Of a stretch of DNA of 64,000 nt, positions 13,801 through 27,960 are shown piece after piece. This DNA is from Laetmonice hystrix. Its lineage: Eukaryota. The notes under the pieces are model-generated. The model did not search any database. It was not told the DNA's origin and saw nothing but the letters and a program-made list of their open reading frames with translations. The translations under genes and the position numbers were made by a program. The DNA lies in contig OZ249436.1 of the NCBI GenBank assembly GCA_965235115.1, positions 3,722,001 through 3,786,000 on the forward strand. Direction: 5' to 3'. The stretch's first letter is position 1, and every line of letters starts with the position of its first letter.

Positions 13801-16800
13801 GCGTCTAACACCTACCCACTGGAGGGTCTAACACTGACTGCCTGGAGCGTCTAACACTGAACGACTGGCCCATCTAACACTCACCGACTGGAGGGTCTAA
13901 CACTGACTGCCTGGGGCGTCTAACACTGACCGCCTGGAGGGTCTAACACTGACTGCCTGGGGCGTCTAACACTGACCGCCTGGAGCGTCTAACACTGACT
14001 GCCTGAAACATATAACACTGACCGGCTGGAGCGTCTAACACCTACCCACTGGAGGGTCTAACACTGACTGCCTGGAGCGTCTAACACTGAACGACTGGCC
14101 CATCTAACACTCACCGACTGGAGGGTCTAACACTGACTGCCTGGAGGGTCTAACAGTGACTGCCTGGAGCGTCTAACAGTGACTGCCTGGAGCGTATAAC
14201 ACTGACTGTCTGGAGCGTCTAACACTGACCGGCTGGAGCGTCTAACACTGACTGCCTGAAACATATAACACTGACCGGCTGGAGCGTCTAACACCTACCC
14301 ACTGGAGGGTCTAACACTGACTGCCTGGAGCGTCTAACACTGAACGACTGGCCCATCTAACACTCACCGACTGGAGGGTCTAACACTGACTGCCTGGAGG
14401 GTCTAACAGTGACTGCCTGGAGCGTCTAACAGTGACTGCCTGGAGCGTATAACACTGACTGTCTGGAGCGTCTAACACTGACCGGCTGGAGCGTCTAACA
14501 CTGACTGCCTGGCGAGCCTAACACTGACCGGCTGGAGCATCTAACACTGACCGATTGGAGGGTCTAACACTGACTGCCTGGAGCGTCTAACACTGACCAG
14601 CTGGAGCATCTAACACTGACCGACTGGATGGTCTAACACTGACTGCCTGGAGCATCTAACACTGACCGGCTGGAGCGTCTAACACCTACCCACTGGAGGG
14701 TCTAACACTGACTGCCTGGAGCGTCTAACACTGAACGACTGGCCCATCTAACACTCACCGACTGGAGGGTCTAACACTGACTGCCTGGAGGGTCTAACAG
14801 TGACTGCCTGGAGCGTCTAACAGTGACTGCCTGGAGCGTATAACACTGACTGTCTGGAGCGTCTAACACTGACCGGCTGGAGCGTCTAACACTGACTGCC
14901 TGAAACATATAACACTGACCGGCTGGAGCGTCTAACACCTACCCACTGGAGGGTCTAACACTGACTGCCTGGAGCGTCTAACACTGAACGACTGGCCCAT
15001 CTAACACTCACCGACTGGAGGGTCTAACACTGACTGCCTGGGGCGTCTAACACTGACCGCCTGGAGGGTCTAACACTGACTGCCTGGGGCGTCTAACACT
15101 GACCGCCTGGAGCGTCTAACACTGACTGCCTGAAACATATAACACTGACCGGCTGGAGCGTCTAACACCTACCCACTGGAGGGTCTAACACTGACTGCCT
15201 GGAGCGTCTAACACTGAACGACTGGCCCATCTAACACTCACCGACTGGAGGGTCTAACACTGACTGCCTGGAGGGTCTAACAGTGACTGCCTGGAGCGTC
15301 TAACAGTGACTGCCTGGAGCGTATAACACTGACTGTCTGGAGCGTCTAACACTGACCGGCTGGAGCGTCTAACACTGACTGCCTGAAACATATAACACTG
15401 ACCGGCTGGAGCGTCTAACACCTACCCACTGGAGGGTCTAACACTGACTGCCTGGAGCGTCTAACACTGAACGACTGGCCCATCTAACACTCACCGACTG
15501 GAGGGTCTAACACTGACTGCCTGGAGGGTCTAACAGTGACTGCCTGGAGCGTCTAACAGTGACTGCCTGGAGCGTATAACACTGACTGTCTGGAGCGTCT
15601 AACACTGACCGGCTGGAGCGTCTAACACTGACTGCCTGGCGAGCCTAACACTGACCGGCTGGAGCATCTAACACTGACCGATTGGAGGGTCTAACACTGA
15701 CTGCCTGGAGCGTCTAACACTGACCAGCTGGAGCATCTAACACTGACCGACTGGATGGTCTAACACTGACTGCCTGGAGCATCTAACACTGACCGGCTGG
15801 AGCGTCTAACACTTACCGACTGGAGGGTCTAACACTGACTGCCTGGAGGGTCTAACACTGACTGACTGGAGCATCTAACACTGACCGGCTGGAGCGTCTA
15901 ACACTTACCGACTGGAGGGTCTAACACTGACTGCCTGGAGGATCTAACACTGACCGCCTGGAGGTCCCAACACTGACTACCTGTAGCATCTAACACTGAC
16001 CGGCTGGAGCGTCTAACACTGACCGACTGGAGCATGTAACACTCACCGACTGGAGGGTCTAACACTGACTGCCTGGGGCGTCTAACACTGACCGCCTGGA
16101 GCGTCTAACACTGACTGCCTGAAACATATAACACTGACCGGCTGGAGCGTCTAACACTTACCCACTGGAGGGTCTAACACTGACTGTCTGGAGCGTCTAA
16201 CACTGAACGACTGGCCCATCTAACACTCACCGACTGGAGGGTCTAACACTGACTGCCTGGAGGGTCTAACAGTGACTGCCTGGAGGGTCTAACACTGACT
16301 GCCTGGGGCGTCTAACACTGACCGCCTGGAGCGTCTAACACTGACTGCCTGAAACATATAACACTGACCGGCTGGAGCGACTAACACCTACCCACTGGAG
16401 GGTCTAACACTGACTGCCTGGAGCGTCTAACACTGAACGACTGGCCCATCTAACACTCACCGACTGGAGGGTCTAACACTGACTGCCTGGAGGGTCTAAC
16501 AGTGACTGCCTGGAGCGTCTAACAGTGACTGCCTGGAGCGTATAACACTGACTGTCTGGAGCGTCTAACACTGACCGGCTGGAGCGTCTAACACTGACTG
16601 CCTGAAACATATAACACTGACCGGCTGGAGCGTCTAACACCTACCCACTGGAGGGTCTAACACTGACTGCCTGGAGCGTCTAACACTGAACGACTGGCCC
16701 ATCTAACACTCACCGACTGGAGGGTCTAACACTGACTGCCTGGAGGGTCTAACAGTGACTGCCTGGAGCGTCTAACAGTGACTGCCTGGAGCGTATAACA

Positions 16801-18840
16801 CTGACTGTCTGGAGCGTCTAACACTGACCGGCTGGAGGTCCCAACACTGACTACCTGTAGCATCTAACACTGACCGGCTGGAGGGTCTAACACTGACCGA
16901 CTGGAGAATGTAACACTCACCGACTGGAGGGTCTAACACTGACCGCCTGGAGGTCCCAACACTGACTACCTGTAGCATCTAACACTGACCGGCTGGAGCG
17001 TCTAACACTGACCGACTGGAGCATGTAACACTCACCGACTGGAGGGTCTAACACTGACTGCCTGGAGGGTCTAACACTGACTGCCTGGAGGGTCTAACAC
17101 TGACTGCCTGGAACATATAAAACTGACCGGCTGGAGCATCTAGCACTTACCGACTGGAGGGTCTAACACTGACTGCCTGGAGGGTCTAACACTGACTGAC
17201 TAGAGCGTCTAACACTGACCGACTGGAGCGTCTAACACTTAACGACTGGAACATCTAACACTGACCGACTGGAGGGTCTAACACTCACTGACTGGAGGGT
17301 CTAACACTGACTGCCTGGAGGGTCTAACAGTGACTGCCTGGAGCGTCTAACAGTGACTGCCTGGAGCGTCTAACACTGACCGGCTGGAGCATCTAACACT
17401 GAACGACTGGAGGGTCTAACACTGACCGACTGGAGGGTCTAACACTGACTGCCGGGAGAGTCTAACACTGACTCCCTGGGGGCCTAACACTGACTGCCTG
17501 GAGGGTCTAACACTGACTGCCTGGAGCTTCTAACAGTGACTGCCTGGAGCGTCTAACACTGACCAGCTGGAGCATCTAACCCTGAACGACTGGAGCATCT
17601 AACACTGACCGACTGGAGGGTCTAACACTGACCGCCTGTAGGGTCTAACACCGACTGCCTGGAGGGTCTAACAATGACCGGCTGGAGGGTATAACACTGA
17701 CCAACTGTAGGGTATAACGCTGACTGCCTGAAGGGCCTAACAATGACTGCCTGGAGGGTCTAACACTGACTGACTGGAGGGTCTAACACTGACTGACTGG
17801 AGGTCCCAACACTGACTACCTGTAGCATCTAACACTGACCGGCTGGAGCGTCTAACACTGACCGACTGGAGAATGTAACACTCACCGACTGGAGGGTCTA
17901 ACACTGACTGCCTGGAGGGTCTAACACTGACCGCCTGGAGGTCCCAACACTGACTACCTGTAGCATCTAACACTGACCGGCTGGGGCGTCTAACACTGAC
18001 CGACTGGAGCATGTAACACTCACCAACTGGAGAGTCTAACACTGACTGCCTGGAGGGTCTAACACTGACCGACTGGAGGGTCTAACACTGACTGCCGGGA
18101 GAGTCTAACACTGACTCCCTGGGGGCCTAACACTGACTGCCTGGAGGGTCTAACACTGACTGCCTGGAGCTTCTAACAGTGACTGCCTGAAGCGTCTAAC
18201 ACTGACCAGCTGGAGCATCTAACACTGAACGACTGGAGCATCTAACACTGACCGACTGGAGGGTCTAACACTGACCGCCTGTAGGGTCTAACACTGACTG
18301 CCTGGAGGGTCTAACAATGACCGGCTGGAGCGTCTAACACTGACCGCCTGGGGGGTCTAACACTGACTGACTGGAGGGTCTAACACTGACCGACTGGAGG
18401 GTCTAACACTGACGGACTGCAGGTTGGAACATTGACTGCCTGGAGGGTATAACACTGACCAACTGTAGGGTATAACGCTGACTGCCTGAAGGGCCTAACA
18501 ATGACTGCCTGGAGGGTCTAACACTGACTGACTGGAGGGTCTAACACTGACTGCCTAGTGGGTCTAACAATGACCGGCTGGAGGGTCTAACACTGACCGC
18601 CTGGGGGGTCTAACACTGACTGCCTGGAGGGCCTAACACTAATTGACTGGAGGGTCTAACACTGACTGCCTGGAGGGTCTAACACTGACTGACTGGAGGG
18701 TCTAACACTGACTGCCTGGAGCGTCTAACACTGACTGCCTGGAGGGCCTAACATTGACCAACTGGAGGGTATAACGCTGCCTGCCTGGAGGGCCTAACAT
18801 TGACCGACTGGAGGGTCTAACACTGACTGCCTGGAAGGCC
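10811..18840. repeat. 23-bp tandem satellite (~350 units) with higher-order repeats
   Basis: Consensus TCTAACACTGACTGCCTGGAGGG; variant units recur at exact multiples of 23. Confidence 0.97.
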
Positions 18841-18980
18841 TGACATTGCATGCCTGACCTTGACAGTATGCAAGTCTGACAATACCTGGAGCCGGAGGTC
18901 CTAACACTGAGAGTCTGACATTGCATGTTTGACCCTGACGGTCTGCAGATCCAGCACTGAATGCCTGTAGGGACTAACAC

Positions 18981-19670
18981 CAGGGTTGGCAAAAACCCGG
19001 GTTTTAAGCTTATTGCCCAGCCCAGTGGGTTTTACCGGGTTTACCCGGGTTTTACTGGGTTTCATGGGTAATACTGGGTTTTATGACAACATAGGCTTCC
19101 CCAGGTCCAACTGAAGTGGTAAACATTTAAAATATTCATAATATTTTTCATTCAAAAAATACTCATGAGAATGTACTAAATCAACACACTGGAACCCGTG
19201 AGTCTGGTGTGATTGTATCATTGTAAAGAGTAGATAATTCCTGTCCTATACTCCAGACCGTCTGGCAACTCATGACTACTCTGAATCAACACACTGGAAT
19301 CAGTGAACTGGTAAAGAGAGGGGTGCACCTGTGCCTTCTAGCTCCTCTGTGTTAATACCGACTGCCTTGTTTAAACTCTACATGGCAGACGCCCAGTCAG
19401 ATTCTATAGCATAAGGTAGGCCTCTGAATATAATGTCCTGCAACTGAGAAATTTTTAGTCAGTGTGTATCAGTACTTGACTGCATAGCTATTCAGGTACT
19501 GACCTACCAGAATGAAGCATAGAGACCCAATTTGGCAATTTTTTGAGAATTGTAAATATGATTTTGTTCTTATTGCCCAGTATTTCCTACTTAGCTGATT
19601 TTAGGGATATTGCCCAGCCCGGGTTTTCGCGGGCATTATGACCCGCCCGGGTATTGCCCGGCCAACCCAT
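18981..19670. mobile_element. hAT-like non-autonomous DNA transposon
   Basis: CAGGGTTGGC..GCCAACCC termini, subterminal TATTGCCCAGCCC/ACCCGGGT repeats; CTAACAC duplicated at both flanks. Confidence 0.75.
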
Positions 19671-20984
19671 CTAACACTGACTCAATGGAGAGTTTGCCCC
19701 TGTCGACATGAACAGTCAAACATTGGTTGTCTGACACTGACCAATTGCAGACACTGAATGCCTGGACGATCTTAAGCGGCCCTCCCTAACAATACAGTTT
19801 GTAGCACTCTGACTTGATACGGTTTAACACACAAAATTCCAAAGTTTAGCTTCCCTGTCATTGTCGCTTCGTGCTGGCATCCAAACATTAGGCAGCCCGG
19901 TGTCCCTAGCGCTGGCGCTGGCTTTCGCTCTTGGCCTCTGGGCCGGGGACATTCCTATTGGCTAACCAGAAATGCACGCTAATTTTTATGAATCACGCCT
20001 CAGGCAGTGCTGCAATCTGATTGGTCTGCGGGATACCACAGCAGGTGGAAAACAGATGGCGCTGCGAGCTACGTGTTTCTGAGAATAGGCGGGCAGGCGG
20101 GAGGGCGTGAATCACTGGAAGCGGTTCAACCTCGAGCAGGGGAGGATGCCCCTGATGGAGATCACCGCCTGACACTGAAGGCACCCCTGATGGTGTAGGG
20201 TCTCACCCTGATACAAGTACTTTGATACCGGTGGTCGTAAACATTTGACACTGTTCTAAAAACTTGAATACATGCATGATCCGTTTAAATAAGTCACAGA
20301 ATGTGAGACAAAACTGGCCAACTTGTGTTCCATGTTCTCATTGGTCCTTTGACTTACACTTAGTTACAGAGAAATTCTTGAAATATACGTTTGAAATATG
20401 CAGACCCGTATGGACAACTTCTCTGAAAATATGGCGATTTTTCCGAAAATAGGGAACTCAGACCTCTTGAAAAGGCTAGCTGAAAATACAGAGGTTTCCA
20501 CACAAAAAAAGATGAAATGGTTGGCAATACTTAGTGGCCCCCTCTCTCCGCTTCTGGGTGCTGCGATTGGGACTGCCGCGCCTCCCCCCCGGGGACCTCG
20601 CTAAATCGCTTTTGCGCGTTGCGCCCGACATGCTTAAATTATTGGCGACACGCTTTCAGTTTCAGCGACACTCTACTCAGAGCAAGCAGCAACATATCAA
20701 AATTAGTCCTATAAAACAAAATTTCTAACTTGAAATCGATTATCATCATTACTTTTTTTTCCCCCCGTGCTGTGGACCAAAGAAGGTCCTTAACCATAGG
20801 AAATTCAGTCCTTAACCATAGGAAATTCAGTGTCAAAGCATCTTTACCCCTCCAGGTTTTTCTTTTGGGGTGGGGGGGGGGACGAGGCAGCCCCGAACCC
20901 CCCGGCCATTAAATTATGTGCGCTGATTTTCATTTTACCCGTGGCAGCGTGCCAAAGGCGAGTGCTTTATTTCTATCCTAGAGT

Positions 20985-22330
20985 GATCCCTGCCCCCTCC
21001 CCCCCACCACCGCACCCCCACCTGCCCACTCCAGGCCTGGGTGGTGCTAAGCCGGTCCCCTCCCTCCCCTTCTGGGTACTGCGCGTGGGACTGCCACCCC
21101 ACCTCACCCCCCACGCACCCACACCTCCCGGCCGCGAAATTGTTTTTCCCAAACAGGTTTGCCATTACGCTTGGATAAACTCACCTAATTTGTTGACGAG
21201 ATCAAGATCAAGAAGACACACTCACCCAGGATAGGTACTAGGGGTATCATTGTTGCCTTTCCTTGCACTTGCAAGTTAGAGATGTAATTGTGAATGGTAT
21301 GTTAATAGGGGGCGGGCCTATGGGAATATAGCTTTGGGTTCATTTTTGGTTTTATTGCTACAAAGCTAATAATGTGTCCATTTAAGAAGTTTGTAATTGG
21401 GCCGATAAGTGTGTTTTAAACCCCAGTTTTTTGTGGTCTGCTATAGGCTCGACTCCAGATACGCATATAAGGCCCATAATCATATATGAAGAATTTATAA
21501 ATTTCAATTCATTTTCGTCCGTTTTGTTTGTCGCAACAGGGACTTAGGAAGCTCATATTTTAATGATCCAGTGGTCACACACATCAGGATCACTGGAGGG
21601 GGAGGGGGGCAGGGCGGGGGTCGACGATGTTGCGGACAAAGCCCCACATTAGGAGATTAGGAGCGCTGAAGGCATGCATAAATATCGACCTAGACCTACT
21701 TTCAGACCTAAAACTTTTAGACCACTGGCCCTTGTGGCACGGTACTTTCAGCCCACCGCTGGCCCCTTGTGGCACGGTACTTTCAGACTGCCCGGCCCTT
21801 CTGGCACGTACGTGCCAGAAGGGCTGGGTGTAGACTCTAGTGGCTTCATTCCGGCGCATGAGCACTTACCGGAACCGGCCCGTCTGGCACGCCGGTCGGT
21901 CCGGACCGCCACACCGGCCCCCTCCCTCCCCTTCTAGGTGCTGCGCGTGGGACCCCCCCCCCCACCTCCACACTCCTTGGGTGGTGCTAAGCAGGCCCCC
22001 TCCCACCCCTTCTAGGTGCTGTTCATGCCGGGACACGACTCCCTTTAAATCTTGGGAGTGCCCCCCCCCCCCCCCACACTCCTGGTCTGGGTGCTGTTCG
22101 TGGGATTGCCCCCCCCCCCCACACCCACACCTCCCCACGGCCACGGTGCTAAGCCGGCCCCCTCCCTCCCTTCTAGGTGCTGCGCATGCGACTAGCCCCC
22201 CCCCCTTCCCGGTCTGGGTGCTGCTTAGCCCCCCCCCCCCCTTCTCGGGAAGTTCTCCGCTAAGTTCTGGGTGCTGCTTTTCCAGCCACACGACTCTCAT
22301 GTCTTGGGACTGCCACACACCCCAAATATC
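20985..22330. repeat. C-rich degenerate repeats
   Basis: Recurrent ggtgctaagccggccccctccctcccttct(a/g)ggtgctgcg motif with poly-C runs. Confidence 0.6.
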
Positions 22331-23102
22331 GCCCAAAACACTGTGGCCCTTAGGCCGAACTCATGCAACATTAAAAATTCATATTATTAACTGCCTGAAA
22401 TTAACTTAGGATGCTACACAACGAAAAAATATGATGACCCAATTAATTGTACTACACTTACGGAGATTATTTTAAGGATTGTTGATCATTTCTACACACA
22501 TTCTTTCTGTTTGTTTACTTCCAAGCCCGACTTCGGAGCATACTGCGCCACCTATAATTGTGCCGTAGCGCAGAGCGTTATAAGCCTCATTCGGATTGGT
22601 CGAGTAGCGTTGTAACCACTGCCTTTTTTGTTACCTCTTATTTGATTCGATCCAGCAACCAGCGGCTTTGGGGACCTCCGACTAACTGCTCAGCGGAGCA
22701 AGAGAGTGCCACTTGTGAACTGAATATGCCAAGTAGAGATGCCACATAGAAACGAGGCTGCTTAGCCCGAACGCGGCGAAGCCGAAGGTAGTGAAAACAA
22801 AAGAAGGCCGGCCAGCAGCGGAGTAGCACATTGAAGTACTCAGTACTCGAAGTTGCACTATGAGAATGATATGGCTGTAAATTAGTGTAGATCTAGGCCC
22901 TAATATAGACTCTACAGCCCAACTTAGATCTATCTTTTATTTATTTGTTGCCCTCCATAACTTTGCATTTTATTTCTACGCAACGTAGAAAAAGTGGAAT
23001 TTGGATAGGAGGAGCCAGATAATGATGCTAGAGGTCAGAGAGTGAGGCGTGCAGACGCTGTTCCGCAGGCGTTCGTCTTTCCCTGCCTCCCTTCCGAGAG
23101 AG

Positions 23103-23252
23103 CAGGGGCGCCGCTGCCTATTTCAAAGTGGGGGGGGGGGGGGGGGGGCAATCTTGGTGTGTTTGACCTTTTCCCCCGAGATTTATGTACCATAAGAATT
23201 TCAAAATAACAGTGTATTCACCCCCCCCCAAGGGGCGGACCCAGGATTTTCT

Positions 23253-23287
<35 letters not shown>

Positions 23288-24604
23288 GTCAGAACGTGCC
23301 ACGCGCCGAAAGGGGCGGGGGAGCTCCGACTTTGGGAATATAAAAGGCCATCGGTGCTATTTCCCGGCTTCTCAGCATCAAACTAAAGAGCTTTCGGTGC
23401 CGACCTTTTGCTTTTTTTTTGAAAGATTAATGTATTAATCAGTGAGGGATTAATCAGGGGGCTTGCCTCCCCTTAGATCTTCCTTTTTTGTATGAAGATG
23501 TATTATACTATTAGTACCTACAGTTACAATGAAATCATGCCGAGCGTAGCGAGGCAAAACAAATTTTTTAGGTGGGCCCCACCTGGCCGTTGACGTCACA
23601 AAAACAGTATCAAGCAATATTTATCAGAAGCCAAAAAAGTTGACGATTAGGCCTAAAACACACCAAATAAAATAGAGACCATCCCCATCCTACTTGCCAC
23701 TTTCTATTCTACCACACTAGGCCTAGTAAAAATTGGTAAACTTCACTCATTATTTGAATACATTCACGCATGAGGTCTTTTTCTTCAAAATCAAATAGGA
23801 AGGCCCAACATGGGGGTGAAAAATGTTGACGGCCGCAGGCCTAACGCTGTCAGACAATAATTAAAGCGTGGCCTAGATTTCCTAGAGCTTAAGATTGACC
23901 TGAATATTCAGGTCTATGAGCTAATTAAGCAAGAGACGGTACAGGGGCAGATCCAGCTTTTTCAAGTAGGGGGGCCAACGTTTTTAGGGACGCAACCGGT
24001 GTGACTGTACGAGCGCCGAAGGCACCAAGCCTTGCTAGGGGGTCCGGGGGCATGCCCCCCGGAAATTTTTCAAATTCAAGGTGTAATTTGGTGAAATCTG
24101 ATGCATTTTGGAGCACAAAGCTATTTAAAAACCAATGATGTCAAAAGTTTTATGTAGCCCTACAATGCCGTGAGGCGCCATGGACGGCAGGAGGGGCGCC
24201 ATGAAATATATATATTTTAGGGGGGTCCAGACCCTATGTGACCCCCTACCCTGGATCCGCCAGTGTGGTAGGACTAAGGTACACAGGGAAGCTGCAGGGG
24301 ATCTAGGCCGCGGTTAGGCCCATATTAATTATAGAACAGCAAAGCATAGACCTATCTCCTAAACACATGACATAGGCTTAGGCCTGCGAAGGCCAAGATT
24401 AAAAATGATTAAAATCTATCTTTAATTTGCCTCCCATGGGCAATTCACCTTAAAAAGCTAGGCATAGGGAGTATAAGAAAACCTGTAGATCTATCTATTA
24501 GGCCTAGCTTCAACTTCAAGGAGCCTTTGACCTTTTTAGGTCGCCAGCAAAACTGGGGGGGGGGGGGACATGTCCCCCCCGTCCCCCCGGCAGCGGCGCC
24601 CCTG
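23103..24604. mobile_element. TIR element containing nested poly-G MITEs
   Basis: Perfect 16-bp TIR CAGGGGCGCCGCTGCC; 7-bp TSD GAGAGAG; inner element ~23942-24265 (CAGGGGCAGATCCAG..CTGGATCCGCCAGTG) and another left end at ~23229. Confidence 0.85.
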
Positions 24605-24905
24605 GAGAGAGTTGACACTAGGGGGCGCCACTACAACTTCATACCTGGCATATGAGAGTAAAGGTCTGTTTTGCTTGATAAATGAAAATAAAAAAATTCT
24701 CAGCCTAGTTTACGGATAAGGGAAGACAGCTGATGACCAGGGCAATCCATCAGAATGGCCAAAATTATGCTACATCGTGTTTCTTAGATGCTAGAGCGCG
24801 AGGAGTAAAGAGCATGCCACTTAGAGAGATGCCAAGTAGAGCCGGAAGTTTCCAAATGGCATATGAAAGAGTAAAGGTCTGTTTTACTTGATAAATGGAA
24901 ATAAA

Positions 24906-27900
24906 AAACAGACCTTTACTCTTTCATATGCCATTTGGAAACTTCCGGCTCTACTTGGCATCTCTCTAAGTGGCATGCTCTTTACTCCTCGCGCTCTAGC
25001 ATCTCAGAAACACGATGTAGCATAATTTTGGCCATTCTAATGGACTGCCCTGGTCATCAGCTGTCTTCCCATATCCGTAAATGAGGCTGAGAAATTTTTT
25101 ATTTCCATTTATCAAGTAAAACAGACCTTTACTCGCAGATGCCATTTAGGAACTTGTGGTGGCGCCCCCTGGTGTCAACTCTCTACGAATGGAGGCAGAG
25201 AAAAACGATATCGGAGCATCGTCTGCCCTCCCCACTCTCTGCCCTCTAGCATCCACAAAACACGATGTAGCATAATTTTAATCATTCTAATGCATTGCCC
25301 CTATCATTATCTGTCGATTCCTATTCATAAATCATGCTGAGAATTTTTTTATTTCCATTTATCAAGAAAAACAGACCTTTACTCTTTCATATGCCATTTG
25401 GAAACTTCCGGTTCTAAATGGCATCTCTCTAAGTGGCATGCTCTTTACTCCTCGCGCTCTAGCATCTCAGAAACACGATGTAGCATAATTTTAGCCATTC
25501 TAATGGACTGCCCTGGTCATCAGCTGTCTTCCCATATCCGTAAATGAGGCTGAGAAATTTTTTATTTCCATTTATCAAGTAAAACAGACCTTTACTCGCA
25601 GATGCCATTTAGGAACTTGTGGTGGCGCCCCCTGGTGTCAACTCTCTACGAATGGAGGCAGAGAAAAACGATATCGGAGCATCGTCTGCACTCCCCACTC
25701 TCTGCCCTCTAGCATCCACAAAACACGATGTAGCATAATTTTGATCATTCTAATGCATTGCCCCTATCATTATCTGTCGATTCCTATCCATAAATCAGGC
25801 TGAGATTTTTTTAATTTCCATTTATCAAGTAAAACAGACCTTTACTCTTTCATATGCCATTTGGAAACTTCCGGCTCTACTTGGCATCTCTCTAAGTGGC
25901 ATGCTCTTTACTCCTCGCGCTCTAGCATCTCAGAAACACGATGTAGCATAATTTTGGCCATTCTAATGGACTGCCCTGGTCATCAGCTGTCTTCCCATAT
26001 CCGTAAATGAGGCTGAGAAATTTTTTATTTCCATTTATCAAGTAAAACAGACCTTTACTCGCAGATGCCATTTAGGAACTTGTGGTGGCGCCCCCTGGTG
26101 TCAACTCTCTACGAATGGAGGCAGAGAAAAACGATATCGGAGCATCGTCTGCCCTCCCCACTCTCTGCCCTCTAGCATCCACAAAACACGATGTAGCATA
26201 ATTTTAATCATTCTAATGCATTGCCCCTATCATTATCTGTCGATTCCTATTCATAAATCATGCTGAGAATTTTTTTATTTCCATTTATCAAGAAAAACAG
26301 ACCTTTACTCTTTCATATGCCATTTGGAAACTTCCGGTTCTAAATGGCATCTCTCTAAGTGGCATGCTCTTTACTCCTCGCGCTCTAGCATCTCAGAAAC
26401 ACGATGTAGCATAATTTTAGCCATTCTAATGGACTGCCCTGGTCATCAGCTGTCTTCCCATATCCGTAAATGAGGCTGAGAAATTTTTTATTTCCATTTA
26501 TCAAGTAAAACAGACCTTTACTCGCAGATGCCATTTAGGAACTTGTGGTGGCGCCCCCTGGTGTCAACTCTCTACGAATGGAGGCAGAGAAAAACGATAT
26601 CGGAGCATCGTCTGCACTCCCCACTCTCTGCCCTCTAGCATCCACAAAACACGATGTAGCATAATTTTGATCACTCTAATGCATTGCCCCTATCATTATC
26701 TGTCGATTCCTATCCATAAATCAGGCTGAGAATTTTTTTATTTCCATTTATCAAGTAGTATAGACCTTTACTCTTTCATATGCCATTTGGAAACTTCCGG
26801 CTCTACTTGGCATCTCTCTAAGTGGCATACTCTTTACTCCTCGCGCTCTAGCATCTAAGAAACACGATGTAGCATAATTTTGGCCACTCTAATGGATTGC
26901 CCTGGTCATCAGCTGTCTTCCCATATCCGTAAATGAGGCTGAGAAATTTTTTATTTCCATTTATCAAGTAAAACAGACCTTTACTCGCAGATGCCATTTA
27001 GGAACTTGTTGTGGCGCCCCCTGGTGTCAACTCTCTACGAATGGAGGCAGAGAAAGACGATATCGGAGCATCGTCTGTACTCCCCACTCTCTGCCCTCTA
27101 GCATCCACAAAACACGATGTAGCATAACTTTGATCACTCTAATGCATTGCCCCTATCATTATCTGTCGATTCCTATCCATAAATCAGGCTGAGAATTTTT
27201 TTATTTCCATTTATCAAGTAGTATAGACCTTTACTCTTTCATATGCCATTTGGAAACTTCCGGTTCTAAATGGCATCTCTCTAAGTGGCATGCTCTTTAC
27301 TCCTCGCGCTCTAGCATCTCAGAAACACGATGTAGCATAATTTTGGCCATTCTAATGGACTGCCCTGGTCATCAGCTGTCTTCCCATATCCGTAAATGAG
27401 GCTGAGAAATTTTTTATTTCCATTTATCAAGTAAAACAGACCTTTACTCGCAGATGCCATCTAGGAACTTGTGGTGGCGCCCCCTGGTGTCAACTCTCTA
27501 CGAATGGAGGCAGAGAAAAACGATATCGGAGCATCGTCTGCCCTCCCCACTCTCTGCCCTCTAGCATCCACAAAACACGATGTAGCATAATTTTAATCAT
27601 TCTAATGCATTGCCCCTATCATTATCTGTCGATTCCTATTCATAAATCATGCTGACAATTTTTTTATTTCCATTTATCAAGAAAAACAGACCTTTACTCT
27701 TTCATATGCCATTTGGAAACTTCCGGTTCTAAACGGCATCTCTCTAAGTGGCATGCTCTTTACTCCTCGCGCTCTAGCATCTCAGAAACACGATGTAGCA
27801 TAATTTTGGCCATTCTAATGGACTGCCCTGGTCATCAGCTGTCTTCCCATATCCGTAAATGAGGCTGAGAAATTTTTTATTTTCATTTATCAAGTAAAAC

Positions 27901-27960
27901 AGACCTTTACTCGCAGATGCCATCTAGGAACTTGTGGTGGCGCCCCCTGGTGTCAACTCC
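24906..27960. repeat. 463-bp tandem repeat (~6.6 units, each 213+250 bp related subunits)
   Basis: (C/T)AGACCTTTACTCTTTC recurs at 24909, 25372, 25835, 26298, 26761, 27224 and 27687. Confidence 0.95.

Noticed and set aside
10811..18840. CRISPR-like periodic array
   Set aside because: Contiguous monomers with no unique spacers, no cas genes, eukaryotic context.
20830..22409. Pro/Gly-rich ORFs (134-189 aa)
   Set aside because: Arise from poly-C/G low-complexity repeats.
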